From Octopus vulgaris (Eukaryota): a stretch of DNA of 64,000 nucleotides. A program made the position numbers and the translations under genes. The stretch is from positions 71,858,001 to 71,922,000 of the forward strand of contig OX597816.1 in the NCBI GenBank assembly GCA_951406725.2, given 5' to 3'. Shown in pieces: positions 25,237 through 40,161 of the stretch (position 1 is its first letter; each line of letters starts with the position of its first letter). Below the pieces are notes generated by a model. That model did no database searches. It was not told where the DNA came from and saw nothing but the letters and a program-made list of their open reading frames with translations.

Positions 25237-25412
25237 GTGAGAGAGAAAGAGAGCTAGAGTGAGTGAGTGAAGGTGTGTCGTGATGATTGATGTCTTTTAA
25301 GGTACACAGAAAATGTGATGTCATTGTATAACATTTTTACGACAGTTGATTTATGGAAAAGATTATGTTAATATGTAAATATGTAAATATGTGAATGGAA
25401 ATTAAGTTTAAC
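25237..25412 (-). mobile_element. Fragment of the 18.7-20.2 kb Helitron 5' region
   Basis: Matches about 19915-20095 (GAGAGCTAGAGTGAGTGAGTGAAGGTG...GATGTCTTTTAAGGTACAC...GGAAATTAAGTTT). Confidence 0.75.
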
Positions 25413-25822
25413 TAAGCAGTTCAGCATAACAGACTGATGGAGTAAGTATTAGGCTTACAAAGAATAAGTCCTGGGGTCGATTTGTTTGATTAAAGGCAGT
25501 GCTCCAGCATGGCCACAGTCAAATGACTGAAACAAATAAAAGAATAAAAAAATAATTAGTCATATTTTGATCAGTAATGATAAGAGTAATATTACACAAA
25601 TTGGAGATATAAACAGATTAGAGATAAATTTTGTTGGACACCTGAGTTTATGACAAGGTAATGTTTTCAGAAAAAAATAATCTGTTGATAAATTAGTACA
25701 AAATGTTAGCAAAGTGGCATAAATTAGCAAACATATATATATATATATATATACCTGCATTTATATACAAGCAGCCACATACATACATGCATAAATACAT
25801 ATATATATGTACATACACACAT

Positions 25823-26095
25823 ATGGCGCAATGGCCCAGTGGTTAGGGCAGCGGACTCGTGGTTGTAGGATCATGGTTTCGACTGGGCATTGTGAGTGTT
25901 TGAGCGAAAACACCTAAAGCTCCACGAGGCTCCAGCAGGGGATGGTGGCGATCCCTGCTGTACTCTTTCGCCATAACTTCCTCTCACTCTTTCTTCTGTT
26001 GGCCTGCTTTGCTTAGCCAGCGGGATGGCATCATTTGAAGGCTAAAACAAAGCGCATTGTGTAACAACATCTGATAGCCTGGTCGATCACGATGA
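25823..26095 (+). mobile_element. SINE family D
   Basis: GGCGCAATGGCCCAGTGGTTAGGGCAGCGGACTCG head; aligns with 6175-6486. Confidence 0.8.
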
Positions 26096-27641
26096 TATAT
26101 ATATATGAAGTGGTGAAGCATGACCTTCAAACATTGGGCCTGTCTTTGCTACTAATGTCGTCCAAAGAAAAGTAAAGGCCAATATGGTTTGACACCAATG
26201 ATGTCGCTAATCATTTCTACAGCTGATTGAACTGGAGCAACATGAGATAAAGTGTCTTGCTACACAACACACGGCCTGGTCCAGGAATCGAACTCACTAC
26301 CTCATGATGCACACACACACACACACACACACATCCATATACACACATACACAAAGATGCAAGGATGCAGTTACATCTAAGCACATTCACAGGTACAAGT
26401 ACATACACACCACACACACACTACACACACATGCTTGAACAAGTAATCCTTGTATATACACATGCATACACACATGTATATACAAACACAAACAATAAAT
26501 AGCTGAACAAACACACATACACACATATCTAAATACACACAAACACTTACACACACACACAAATTCATACAGAAGTGTACACACAGACACAAAGACACAA
26601 ACACATGCATGCAAGCACACAAAGTTACACCAAGACATTCACGTGCACAAATGCACACACCCACACACACAAATACATGCATGTACACAAATACACACAC
26701 ACATACATATATACATACATGCATACACTCATGCATACTCGCATACATACATACACACACATACATACATACACACATGCATACACGCATACATACATAC
26801 ACACATATACATACATATATACATGTATACAAGCATACGTGCATACATACACACATACATACATGCATACATAGAAACATACATACATACATGCATACAC
26901 TCATACATACACACACACATACATGCATACGTGCATACATACAAACACACACGTACATACATACACACATACATGCATACATACATACATACATACATAC
27001 ATACATACATACATACATACATAATTCATGCATATACACATACATACATACGTGCATACACACATATACATACATACATAATTACATACATACATAATTA
27101 CATACATACATACATACATATAAACAAAGACATACATAGACACACAGACACTCACGCAGACACAGCCACACAAAAATTATCCTCTTAAGCTAAGATTACA
27201 GAAGCCAAACCAAAAATAGTATGTTTGATGTTTAGTACTAAGTTTTAAATATCCATTAGTGATAACTAGGAGGGTTTCATCATAATTTAACCAAAATTGG
27301 TTAGTTTTTAACATAATGGCCTCAAAGTTAACTAATATTTTCTCCGGTGGAACAATGAAATGGAATCTAGTAAAAAGTAATAAAAACATAATTGTTCTGT
27401 GAATGGCTTTACAGAAATATTTTGACTTCAAATGATATTTTCAAAATTGTTTATCTATGGTCATGTATGTATGTATGTATGTAGATGTATATATATATAT
27501 ATATATACATTGTTTATTTCTGGCGAAGAGCTCCGATCAAAACGTTAAACCCTCCTTCTTTCCTGAGCGTCCAATAATACTTTATTTGTTCCACGTCCTC
27601 GCGTTGCTGTGTTTTTTTTTTTTGTGTTTTCTTGTTTGGAT

Positions 27642-27694
<53 letters not shown>

Positions 27695-27875
27695 GTATCG
27701 CTAAATCCACATATTGTTTTTTTATTCTCTCTTTGTTTATTTTTTTCTTATTCCTTTCTGTTGAAGAGCGTAGGCTCGAAACATAAAACACTTTCTCACT
27801 TTCCCGAGTATCAAACTACACTTGCTTGTTGTTCATACACCTGTTTTCGTCTTTTGTTTTTCTGTGAATTTCAAT

Positions 27876-27915
<40 letters not shown>

Positions 27916-29242
27916 CTAGACTACCCATGACCTGTTGGGTCACCAATACTCCAAGGTACCCGAAGAAACCACATATTTTGGTAACCCGTGCTCCGATTTA
28001 CGTGAAACTTGTTTTATTCCGTTTGTATTCACTTGAGCATCTGATTCATGACATCGCTTGCTTTTCTCTCTTTCCTTTGTTTCGCCAAATGCTCACCTCT
28101 CTGAGTGTCCAACTCCTGATTTCTCATACTTTTATCCCTTTCCCTTTGTTCCAGCAGATGCTCAGATCTTTCTTTTTGCATGCCTGTCCAAATCTTTGGT
28201 AAATATTTTGTAAAGGATCCGTTCGTACTTCGGTGTGAAACAACTTTTTCTACAGGTTTTTTTTAGTGCATTCAACATATCTCACCTCCAAACCCACAGC
28301 AAGCCACTTTCTTCTGGAAAAGGAAGAGGAGAGGGATGGTGAGGACCTTGGAGTTTCCCACCATCAGAGTTTTGTTTCATGGGGTGTTTTTCTTTTCCAG
28401 GTTATTTCACATGCTTTCAACAAATGTGACATCAAAATTACGCTTAAATGGCTCCTTTTCCCAGAAAAGGAAAGATTTGGCTGCTATTTCTTGCACGCTC
28501 TGCTACCACGTAACAGCTGTTTCGGGTCCTTTATCGTAAATAGCTGTTACGCGGTAGCAGGGCGTGCTAGAAACAGCAGCCAAATTTTTGGAAGTGAGAT
28601 ACATTGAATACACTGGAAAAAGTCCAATGGAAAAAACTGAACTTATGAATGGGTCTTTTACGAGATATTTATCGTATTTTTAAAGTCATTTCCACTTTAG
28701 AATATTTTTTATATATGCCAAAAAATTTTTGTACTGGTATTCACTCAAAAATAATTTTTTAAAAGATTAAAATATTGTCTATTTAAAGAAAGCTAAAATA
28801 TAAATACTTACTGTACAAACAACTTATATTTTTGTAATCACATTCACTTAAAAATATTTCTAAATAATTAAAATATTGTGTTTAACAAAAGCAAAAATAG
28901 AAACATTTACTGTAAAAAAACAACTCATATTTTTTCGTTGGCAAGTCACTAAGACTTTTGCTCATCATAATGTGTCTAATTGAAAAGGTTACAGTTTCTT
29001 CCTTTTCAGGGTAAAGTTATTTTCGGTGTATTTTCTCATTATACACTGTTTTCGGTATTTATACCCCCCAAATCCCAATATCTTAAGAATCATTTGTCCA
29101 ATTTATGTGAAACTTGTTTTATTCTGTTTGTATTCACATTTCAGGGGAACCTTAACTTATAGCATTTTCCCATTATGTGCCAGTTTAGCTGTGTAACATT
29201 GCAAGCAAGCAAGATTGAAGTTCGTTTTTAATATAATATAGA
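27916..29242 (-). mobile_element. Non-autonomous Helitron
   Basis: Minus strand starts A|TCTATATTATATTAAAAACG (29242) and ends with hairpin TGACC-CAACA-GGTCA plus TGGGTAGTCTAG|T (27916). Confidence 0.75.
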
Positions 29243-29525
29243 TCTATTCACTTCATGCCACAATAGTACAGTCTGTCATGAAATATCATAAAACTTTGTT
29301 GTACTTCTGCGACCTTGTCACTGACGTTGTTCCACTACATCTGTTGAAAATTAGTTACTGGCCTCCAGAGGAGGAGATATATTTTCCTTTTTTTTTCTTG
29401 TTATTACTTGTATTTTTTGTTTGCTTTTTATTTTTGTTTTATTTCTTAACTACTATCAACTTGAAACATATCAGTCAGTTATCTGTCTGTCTGCCTGTCC
29501 ATATCTCTATGTATGTATCTAAGTA

Positions 29526-31273
<1,748 letters not shown>

Positions 31274-31505
31274 TGAAGCCATAACCCGTGGCCCCTACCT
31301 GGGACGTAGTCAGTCCGCCTGTGCATACCTTCCTGCTTGTGACACTTGTGAAGATCTGTTGAGGGAAATCAAATCAAGTCAAATCGAATCAGGTCAAACA
31401 AAATCAAAATAGATGAACATCAATGGAATTTGTATCCTTGTGGTACCAGTGCCGGCGGCACATAAGAAAACCATCTGAACGGGACCGTAGCCAGTACCGC
31501 AAAAA

Positions 31506-31750
31506 CCGTCCGAGCATGGCCGTCTGCCAGCCTCGTCTGGCACCTGTGTCGGTGGCACATAAAAACACCATCCGAGCGTGGCCGTCTGCCAGCCTCGTCT
31601 GGCACCTGTGTCGGTGGCACATAAAAACACCATCCGAGCGTGGCCGTCTGCCAGCCTCGTCTGGCACCTGTGTCGGTGGCACATAAAAACACCATCCGAG
31701 CGTGGCCGTTCGCCAGCCTCGTCTGGCACCTGTGTCGGTGGCACATAAAA
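31506..31750 (+). repeat. 62-bp tandem repeat x4 in the RTE 3' UTR
   Basis: CCATCCGAGCGTGGCCGTCTGCCAGCCTCGTCTGGCACCTGTGTCGGTGGCACATAAAAACA in near-identical copies. Confidence 0.95.
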
Positions 31751-31922
31751 TCACCCACCACACTCTCGGAGTGGTTGGCGTTAGGAAGGGCATCCAGCTG
31801 TAGAAACACTGCCAGATCTGACTGGCCTGGTGCAGCCTTTGGGCTCCCCAGACCCCAGTTGAACCGTCCAACCCATGCTAGCATGGAAAGCGGACGTTAA
31901 ACGACGACGATGATGATGATGA

Positions 31923-32039
<117 letters not shown>

Positions 32040-32062
32040 GTGTATATATATATATATATGTA

Positions 32063-32109
<47 letters not shown>

Positions 32110-32113
32110 AAAC

Positions 32114-32153
<40 letters not shown>

Positions 32154-32340
32154 AAACATGTGTATATATATATATATATATATATCATCATCATCATCGT
32201 TTAACGTCCGCTTTCCATGCTAGCATGGGTTGGACGGTTCAACTGGGGTCTGGGAAGCCCGAAGGCTGCACCAGGCCAGTCAGATGTGGCAGTGTTTCTA
32301 CAGCTGGATGCCCTTCCTGCACGCCAACCACTCCGAGAGT

Positions 32341-32371
<31 letters not shown>

Positions 32372-32374
32372 AAC

Positions 32375-32420
<46 letters not shown>

Positions 32421-32426
32421 ATAAAC

Positions 32427-32468
<42 letters not shown>

Positions 32469-32508
32469 AAACATGTGTATATATATATATATATATATAT
32501 GTATAAAC

Positions 32509-32552
<44 letters not shown>

Positions 32553-32616
32553 AAACATGTGTATATATATATATATATATATGTATAAACATGTGTATAT
32601 ATATATATATGTATAA

Positions 32617-32647
<31 letters not shown>

Positions 32648-32677
32648 AACATGTATAAATATACATATATATATATA

Positions 32678-33426
32678 TAGCGGTTGAGGGAACCTGTGGA
32701 AGAGGCAGACCCAGGAAAACCTGGGACGAGGTGGTGAAGCACGACCTTCGAACTTTAGGTCTCACTGAGGAAATGACTAGAGACCGAGACCTCTGGAAGA
32801 GTGCTGTGCGCGAGAAGACCCGGCAGGACAAGTGAGTCCACAACCCGTGGCCTTCTACATGGGATGGAGCCAGCCTACGTATGCATACCTTCCCTTCTTG
32901 GGACACAAAACTCTACTTGTGAAGACGTGTTGAGGCAAGTGAGGATCAGAATCGAAATCGATCAATGGAAATTGCGGATGTGCTACCAGTGCCGGTGGCA
33001 TGTCAAAACTCTGCTTGTGAAGACCCATTGAGGCAAGTGAGGATCAGAATCGAAATCGATCAATGGAAATTGCAGATGTGTTACCAGTGCCGGTGGCATG
33101 TAAGAGAACTTTCCGTTTCGCGACCGTTGCCAGCACCGCCCCGTTTCGTGTCCGTTGCCAGCCTCGCCTGGCCCTCGTGCCGGTGGAACATAAAAAGCAC
33201 CATCCGTTCGTGGCCGTTTGCCAGCTCTGTCTGGCACCAGTGCGGGTGGCACGTAAAAAGCACCCACTACACTCACGGAGTGGTTGGCGTTAGGAAGGGC
33301 ATCCAGCTGTAGAAACACTGCCAGATTTGACTGGGCCTGATGAAGCCTTCTGGCTTCACAGACCCCAGTAGAACCGTCCAACCCATGCTAGCATGGAAAA
33401 CGGACGCTAAATGATGATGATGATGA

Positions 33427-33429
<3 letters not shown>
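32678..33429 (+). mobile_element. RTE LINE 3' fragment
   Basis: [39 protein letters not shown]...TRQDK*, followed by the 3' UTR and (GAT)n tail. Confidence 0.9.
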
Positions 33430-33468
<39 letters not shown>

Positions 33469-33504
33469 AAACATGTGTATATATATATATATATATGTAT
33501 AAAC

Positions 33505-33584
<80 letters not shown>

Positions 33585-33727
33585 AAACATGTGTATATAT
33601 ATATATATATATATATAAACATGTATAAATATATATCTATATATCTATATATATATATATTTGTTTTTGTTTGTTTTTGTTTTTCCAGTTTCAGCTCTTG
33701 AGGTGTGGCCATGCTGGGGCACCACCA

Positions 33728-33892
33728 TTGTGGTGAAAGAGTACAGCAGGGATCACCACCCCCTGCCGGAGCCTCGTAGAGCTTTTAGGTGTTTTCGCTC
33801 AATAAACACACACAACGCCCGGTCTGAGAATCGAAACCGCGATCCTGCGACCGCGAGTCCGCTGCCCTAACCACTAGGCCATTGCGCCTCCA
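33728..33892 (-). mobile_element. SINE family D 5' part
   Basis: Reverse complement TGGAGGCGCAATGGCCTAGTGGTTAGGGCAGCGGACTCGCGG...GGTTTCGATTCTC. Confidence 0.8.
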
Positions 33893-33911
33893 CTATAAAC
33901 ATGTATAAATA

Positions 33912-33960
<49 letters not shown>

Positions 33961-33961
33961 G

Positions 33962-34004
<43 letters not shown>

Positions 34005-34007
34005 ATG

Positions 34008-34039
<32 letters not shown>

Positions 34040-34065
34040 AACATGTATAAATATATATCTATATA

Positions 34066-34115
<50 letters not shown>

Positions 34116-34445
34116 TACATATATATACTTATATATGACGGGCTTCTTTCAGTTTCCATCTACCAAATCCTCTCACAAGGCTTTGGTTGGACCGAGGCTA
34201 TAGTAGAAGACACTTACCCAAGGTGCCACGCAGTGGGACTGAACCTGGAACCATGTGGTTGGTAAACAAGCTACTTACCACACAGCCACTCATCATATAT
34301 GATGATGATGATGATGATGATATATAAATATATAATGGTGAGATTATACAAAATGTATAAGTGGATGATGAGTATTGCTCCAGCACAGTTTTGATTACCT
34401 GTTATCCGTAGATTGCATGAACTTCATAGTGGTGGTTGAGGTAAC

Positions 34446-35136
34446 AGTATTAATAAAATAGATAGAAAAAAATATCCTATTTAGTACAACACATGTTTCG
34501 ACCCGTTCTGGGTTTCTTCAGGTACATAAGTAAATAAAAAAATAACAAGTCTCACTAGAGATTCGGTTTTACATATTGCTAAATGTCCGTCAACTTTGAC
34601 AGACATTTAGCAGTACGTAAAACAAAATCTCTCTTTTTACTCTTTTACTTGTTTCAGTCATTTGACTGTGGCCATGCTGGAGCACCAACTTTATTCAAGC
34701 AAATCAACCCCAGGACTTATTCTTTATAAGCCTAGTACTTATTCTATCAGTTTCTTTTGCTGAACCAGTAAGTTACAGGGACATAAACTCACCAGCATTG
34801 GTTGTCAAACAAATTTTGGTGGGACAAACACAGACACACATACATATATATATACTTATGTACGACGGGCTTCTTTCAGTTTCCATCTACCAAATCCACT
34901 CACAAGGCTTTGGTCGGCCCAAGGCTATAGTAGAAGACACTTGTCCAAGGTGACACGCAGTGGGAATGAACCCGGAACCATGTGGTTGGTAAGCAAGCTA
35001 CTTACCACACAGCCACTCCTGCGTCTAGTGAGACTTATATTTTTTTATTTATTTATGTACCCAAAGAAACCCGAAATGGGTCGAAACATGTGTCATACAA
35101 AATAAAATATTTTTTTCCATCTATGTTATTAATACT
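34446..35136. repeat. Foldback element with a hammerhead-like motif in each arm, split by a SINE
   Basis: 34446-34631 plus 35024-35136 reconstitute a palindrome of about 300 bp. Motifs at 34484-34525 (-) and 35057-35098 (+). Confidence 0.8.
34632..35023 (-). mobile_element. SINE family B, full length
   Basis: Reverse complement of the 1390 element; neighbours at 34136-34292(-) and 35415-35845(-). Confidence 0.85.
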
Positions 35137-35193
35137 ATATTTATATATATATATAAGTTTTTTTCATTCTCTCTGTGTTTATTTTCTCTTATT

Positions 35194-35231
35194 TCTTTCT
35201 GATGAAGAGTGTACACTCGAAATGTAAAAGA
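35194..35231 (+). ncRNA. Minimal hammerhead-like motif
   Basis: UCUUU CUGAUGA A GAGUG-UA-CACUC GAA AUGU A AAAGA: intact CUGAUGA and GAAA boxes and a 5-bp helix I. Confidence 0.6.
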
Positions 35232-35314
35232 CTTTCATTTTCCCTGAGCATCGAACCAATATACCTGCTTGTTGTTCATACACCTGTCTTCGTCGTTTTT
35301 CTATAAATTTCATC

Positions 35315-35366
<52 letters not shown>

Positions 35367-35964
35367 CATACATATATATGACAGATAGATAAATAAATAG
35401 AGAGATATTCTTTTTTATTCTTTTTCTTGTTTCAGTCATTTGACTGTAGCCATACTGGAGCACTGCCTTAAAGAGTTTTAGTTGAAGAAATTGACCCCAG
35501 GACCTATTCTTTGTAAGATTAGTTTTTATTATATCGGTTCTCTTTTGCTGAACTGCTAAGTTACGGGGACATAAGCACACCAGCATCAGTTGTCAAGTAA
35601 AGGCAGGGGTACAATCACAGACAGACACATATAAATATATACATATATGTGTGTTTACATATATATATATAAATACAATATATATATATAAATACAATGG
35701 GCTTCCTTCAGTTTCTGTCTCCCAAATCCACTCACAAGGCTTTTGTTGGCCCGAGGATATAGTCGAAAACACTTGCTCAAGGTACTATGCAGTGGGACTT
35801 AACCCAGAACCATGTCGTTGGGAAGCAAGCTTCTTACCATGCCTCTACCTTTATATACATACATACAGATATATATATATATATATATTTACAGATAAAT
35901 TCCTCTATTTACATAATATTGAGGTCTCTTTCTCTCTTTTGTTATCTTACCGTTTTTACCAATA

Positions 35965-36528
35965 TAATGACCAGCGACCGAGACCTTTGGAAATATGCTG
36001 TACGTGAGAAGACCAGGCAGGACAAGTGAGCCCAGCCCACTTATGCATGCCTTTCCTCCCTTGGACACAAAGACCTGTTGAGGCAAGCGAAGTCGATATA
36101 GAACCTCATCCGACGACAGGCACCCATGCCAACCCCCTTTGCTTGCGAAGACATGTTGGGGCAAGCGAAATCGAAATTGAATTGAACCAGCCAGGACCCC
36201 TGGTCTGGTGGTACATAAAAAGCACTATCCGACTTGTGGCCGATGCCAGCGCCGCCTCGACTGGCTTCCATGCCGGTGGCACGTAAAATTCACCAATCCG
36301 ACCGTGGCCGTTGCCAGCCTCGCCTGGCACCTGTGCAGGTGGCACGTAAAAAGCACCCACTACACTCACAGAGTGGTTGGCGCTAGGAAGGGCATCCAGC
36401 TGTAGAAACATTGCCAGATAAGACTGGAGCCTGGTGCAGCCTTCTGGCTTCCCAGATCCCCGGTCGAACCGTCCAACCCATGCTAGCATGGAGAACAGAC
36501 GTTAAACGATGATGATGATGATGAATGA

Positions 36529-36571
<43 letters not shown>

Positions 36572-37153
36572 CTGTGCTTGGGAAGACCCGGTAAGCCAAG
36601 TGAGACCATAACCTTGTGGCCAAAGCCAGGGGTGTAACCAGCCCACTTATGCATACCTTTTTGTCATTGGACACTAAACTCTGCCTGCGAAGACTGGTAT
36701 CTGTGCTAGTGGAGTGCTAAGAACACCATTCGAGTGTGATCGTTGCCAGAGCAGCTAACTGGCTTCCGTGCCAGTGGCACGTAAAAAGCACCATTCTAGC
36801 ATGATCATTACCAGCATCGCCTTACTGGCACTTGTGCTGGTGGCACATGAAAATCATTTGAGTGAGGTTGTTGCCAGTCCCGCTGGACTGGCTCCTGCGC
36901 TGGTGGCACGTAAAAAGCACCATTTGAAAGTGGAAGTTGCCAGTACCACCTGACTGGCCCTCGTGCCGGTGGCACATAAAAGCACTCACTACACTCTCAG
37001 AGTGGTTGGCGTTAGGAAGGGCATCCAGCCGTAGAAACTCTGCCAGATCAAGATTGGAGCCTGGTGCAGCCATCTGGTTCACCAGTCAGTCCTTAGTCAA
37101 ATCGTCCAACCCATGACAGCATGGAAAGCGGATGTTAAACGATGATGATTATG
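35965..37153 (+). mobile_element. Two adjacent RTE 3' fragments (35965-36530, 36568-37153)
   Basis: [20 protein letters not shown] followed by a 3' UTR and (GAT)n tail; a second 3' fragment follows after a (TA)n tract. Confidence 0.85.
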
Positions 37154-37684
37154 ATAGGTAGCTAGCTATATACACATACATGTGTGTGTGTGTGTACTGA
37201 TATTGGCAAAGGCTAATAGATCAAAACTTCTAAGTCTCTGTCGCCATGGTTCTTGTAAAAGTTTGGTAAACATATACTCTACAAAGACATATTGAGTAAT
37301 CTTTCAGTTTAATGGTAAATTGCTTTTATTACAACTTGACAAAAGAAGCAAACATTAATATACATATACATATGTATGTATATACATATGTGTGTATTTA
37401 TATACCTATGTACATATGTATCCTTTTATGCATTAGTAACTTTTTTCTGTTGAACTTTGAATCTATGGGTTTAATGTATTGATTCTGTTTGAACTTTTGA
37501 CACACATGCTTTTAATTACTTTCCTATCGAGTTCTCTGTCTCTTTTCCCTATTCTATATTTATTTGATAAGTTCCTCATCAATATTTCTCTGTTCTTTTT
37601 TTTTTTAATCTATAAATAGTGCATATCAATATTATTTTTTACCCCTCATGGGGTTTGGTTCTGCACATTAGGAGACATCATTCC

Positions 37685-37700
37685 ATCATCTATCTATCTA

Positions 37701-37734
<34 letters not shown>

Positions 37735-37740
37735 CGTCCG

Positions 37741-37837
<97 letters not shown>

Positions 37838-37890
37838 CTATTTCTATCTATCTATCTATCTATCTATCTATCCATTCATCTGTCTGTCTT

Positions 37891-37921
<31 letters not shown>

Positions 37922-38028
37922 TTCTTCCTATCTATTTATCTATCTATCCATCTATCCATCTATCTATCTATCTGTCTATCTATCTATCTATCTATCTATA
38001 TCTATCTGTCCATCCATCTATCCATCTG

Positions 38029-38096
<68 letters not shown>

Positions 38097-38110
38097 ACCA
38101 TCTATTTATC
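37685..38110. repeat. (CTAT/CTGT)n microsatellite
   Basis: Tetranucleotide array. Confidence 0.95.
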
Positions 38111-38284
38111 TAGCTAGCTAGCTATCTATTATATCATATATGTATATGTATAAATTATTTCAATGTAACATTTGAAATATTTGGTTATTGTACAAGTCTA
38201 TTAACATTACATCTGTGTTTCATTGATGATGTTTAACTATCACAGTAAAAAAAAAAAAGAATTTAATAATAACAATAACAACAC

Positions 38285-38343
<59 letters not shown>

Positions 38344-38786
38344 ACATGGATAAAAGTTTTTAAAAAATGAATACAGCGATATATTAAAACAAAATACAAT
38401 AAATCTATATTTTATTATATTATTTTGTATTTCATTATTTCGATTACTATTTACCCCCACCACTTTTTGTTGTTTTTGCTTTCTTTTATATTTTAATATT
38501 AGCAGCTAAATACGTTAGTAAAGCAAGAGTCTGATTTTAATAGCACTGTTCAATATGCTAATGATATTCCAAACATATTCTGAGGTAATTTATATAATAA
38601 ACATAGCAGAACAGTGTCTCGCCGAACACTCAAAACCAACCCTTATGGGAAAAGAATTCTATTGATATCTATGGTTTAATGCTGTCAACTATTCATGTTA
38701 AAAAGAAGAAAATAATGGTTATGAATTATACACACACACAAACACACGCATGCACACACATACACAGATTTTATATATACATATAT

Positions 38787-39180
38787 TGGCTGTGTGGTAA
38801 GTAGCTTCCTTACCAACCACATGGTTCCAGGTTCATTCCCACTGTATGGCACCTTGGGCAAGTGTCTTCTACTATAGCCTTTGGCCGACCAAAGCCTTGT
38901 GAGTGGATTTGGTAGATGGAAACTGAAAGAAGCCCGTCGTATATATGTATATATATATGTGTGTGTGTCTGTGCATATGTTTGTCCCCCCCCCCCTGCAA
39001 CATCGCTTGACAACGAATGCTGATGTGTTTACGTCTCTGTAACTTAGCAGTTTGGTAAAAGAGACCAATAGAATAAATACTAGGCTTACAAAGAATAATT
39101 CCTGGAGTCGATTTGCTCAACTAAAAGGCAGTGCTCTAGCATGGCCGCAGTCAAATGACTGAAACTAGTAAAAGAGTAAT
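38787..39180 (+). mobile_element. SINE family B
   Basis: TGGCTGTGTGGTAAGTAGC...CAGTCAAATGACTGAAAC. Further + copies at 44326-44712, 47167-47541 and 48832-49360. Confidence 0.85.
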
Positions 39181-39282
39181 AGAAAGAGAGTAAAAGAGCA
39201 CAGACACACACACACATATATATATACATACACACACACACACACATATATGAATACAATTATCTCTAAGGATGCCAGAGCA

Positions 39283-39362
39283 CCTACATTGCTAGAAATA
39301 TGAGTTAAAATACTCTCCTACAGCATTAAGAGTATTTTAACTCTTATTTCTAGCAATGTAGG
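39283..39362. repeat. 80-bp palindrome
   Basis: CCTACATTGCTAGAAATATGAGTTAAAATACTCT / AGAGTATTTTAACTCTTATTTCTAGCAATGTAGG. Confidence 0.85.
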
Positions 39363-39466
39363 CACCTCGCTGTTTATATTATTATTAATATATTATATTT
39401 TTAGTATATGCATTAGCATTTCGCTAAACCATCCATAAATTTTTATGGTAAATACATAAAAATACA

Positions 39467-39879
39467 CCATGTGAAGGCCAGTTGACATTGCCACAGTGGG
39501 AGATAATTCTCTGTCCAAAGCGCTACCATAGCAACAGCATTGTTTCTCTTGTGGTATAAGCAGCTGCCCCGTCTTGCTGGACCCATGTGTGAAGTTTGCT
39601 TTGAAAGACCTTCATGTTCCCCAGACTTGATGAGCCCGGATTTTTCCTTGTGGTGATACCTGAAAGAGAGGGTTTACGTCAACAAACCGGAAACCCTGGT
39701 GCAACTGAAGGTGAACATCAATAGAGAAATCAGAGAAGTGGGGTCTGAAACTCTTGAGGGTGTTATGATGCAAGTCTTTCATTGTGATGTAGTGGTGTTG
39801 CAAAATTTGACTTGTGCATATTAATTTCCATTAGGTCCTTTATATTGTATCAAAATTTCATGTTACTTTTTGGACACCC

Positions 39880-39881
<2 letters not shown>
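39467..39881. pseudogene. Tc1/mariner-superfamily transposase catalytic remnant with internal inversion and 3' TIR
   Basis: Minus 39467-39600: HTWVQQDGAAAYTTRETMLLLW*RFGQRIISHCGNVNWPSH. Plus from 39610: PSCSPDLMSPDFSLW*YLKERVYVNKPETLVQLK. End TTTTGGACACCCTA|TA. Confidence 0.8.
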
Positions 39882-39966
<85 letters not shown>

Positions 39967-40161
39967 ATGTATGTATGTATGTAGGTATGTATGTATGTAT
40001 GTGTGTATGTTAAGGTTGCAAGAAGTTTGAGACAAAACATATTGAATGTGCAGAGCTTAAGCGATCCTTGTAAAAGGAAGAAAAAGGAGATTCAAGGAAA
40101 TTACAATCCAGAATTAAGATGCAATGTATGCAAAATAGTATTGCTTTCTGGAGCTGGTCTC

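Noticed and set aside
31506-31750. CRISPR-like array
   Set aside because: Contiguous tandem units without unique spacers, no cas genes, and a eukaryotic LINE UTR context.
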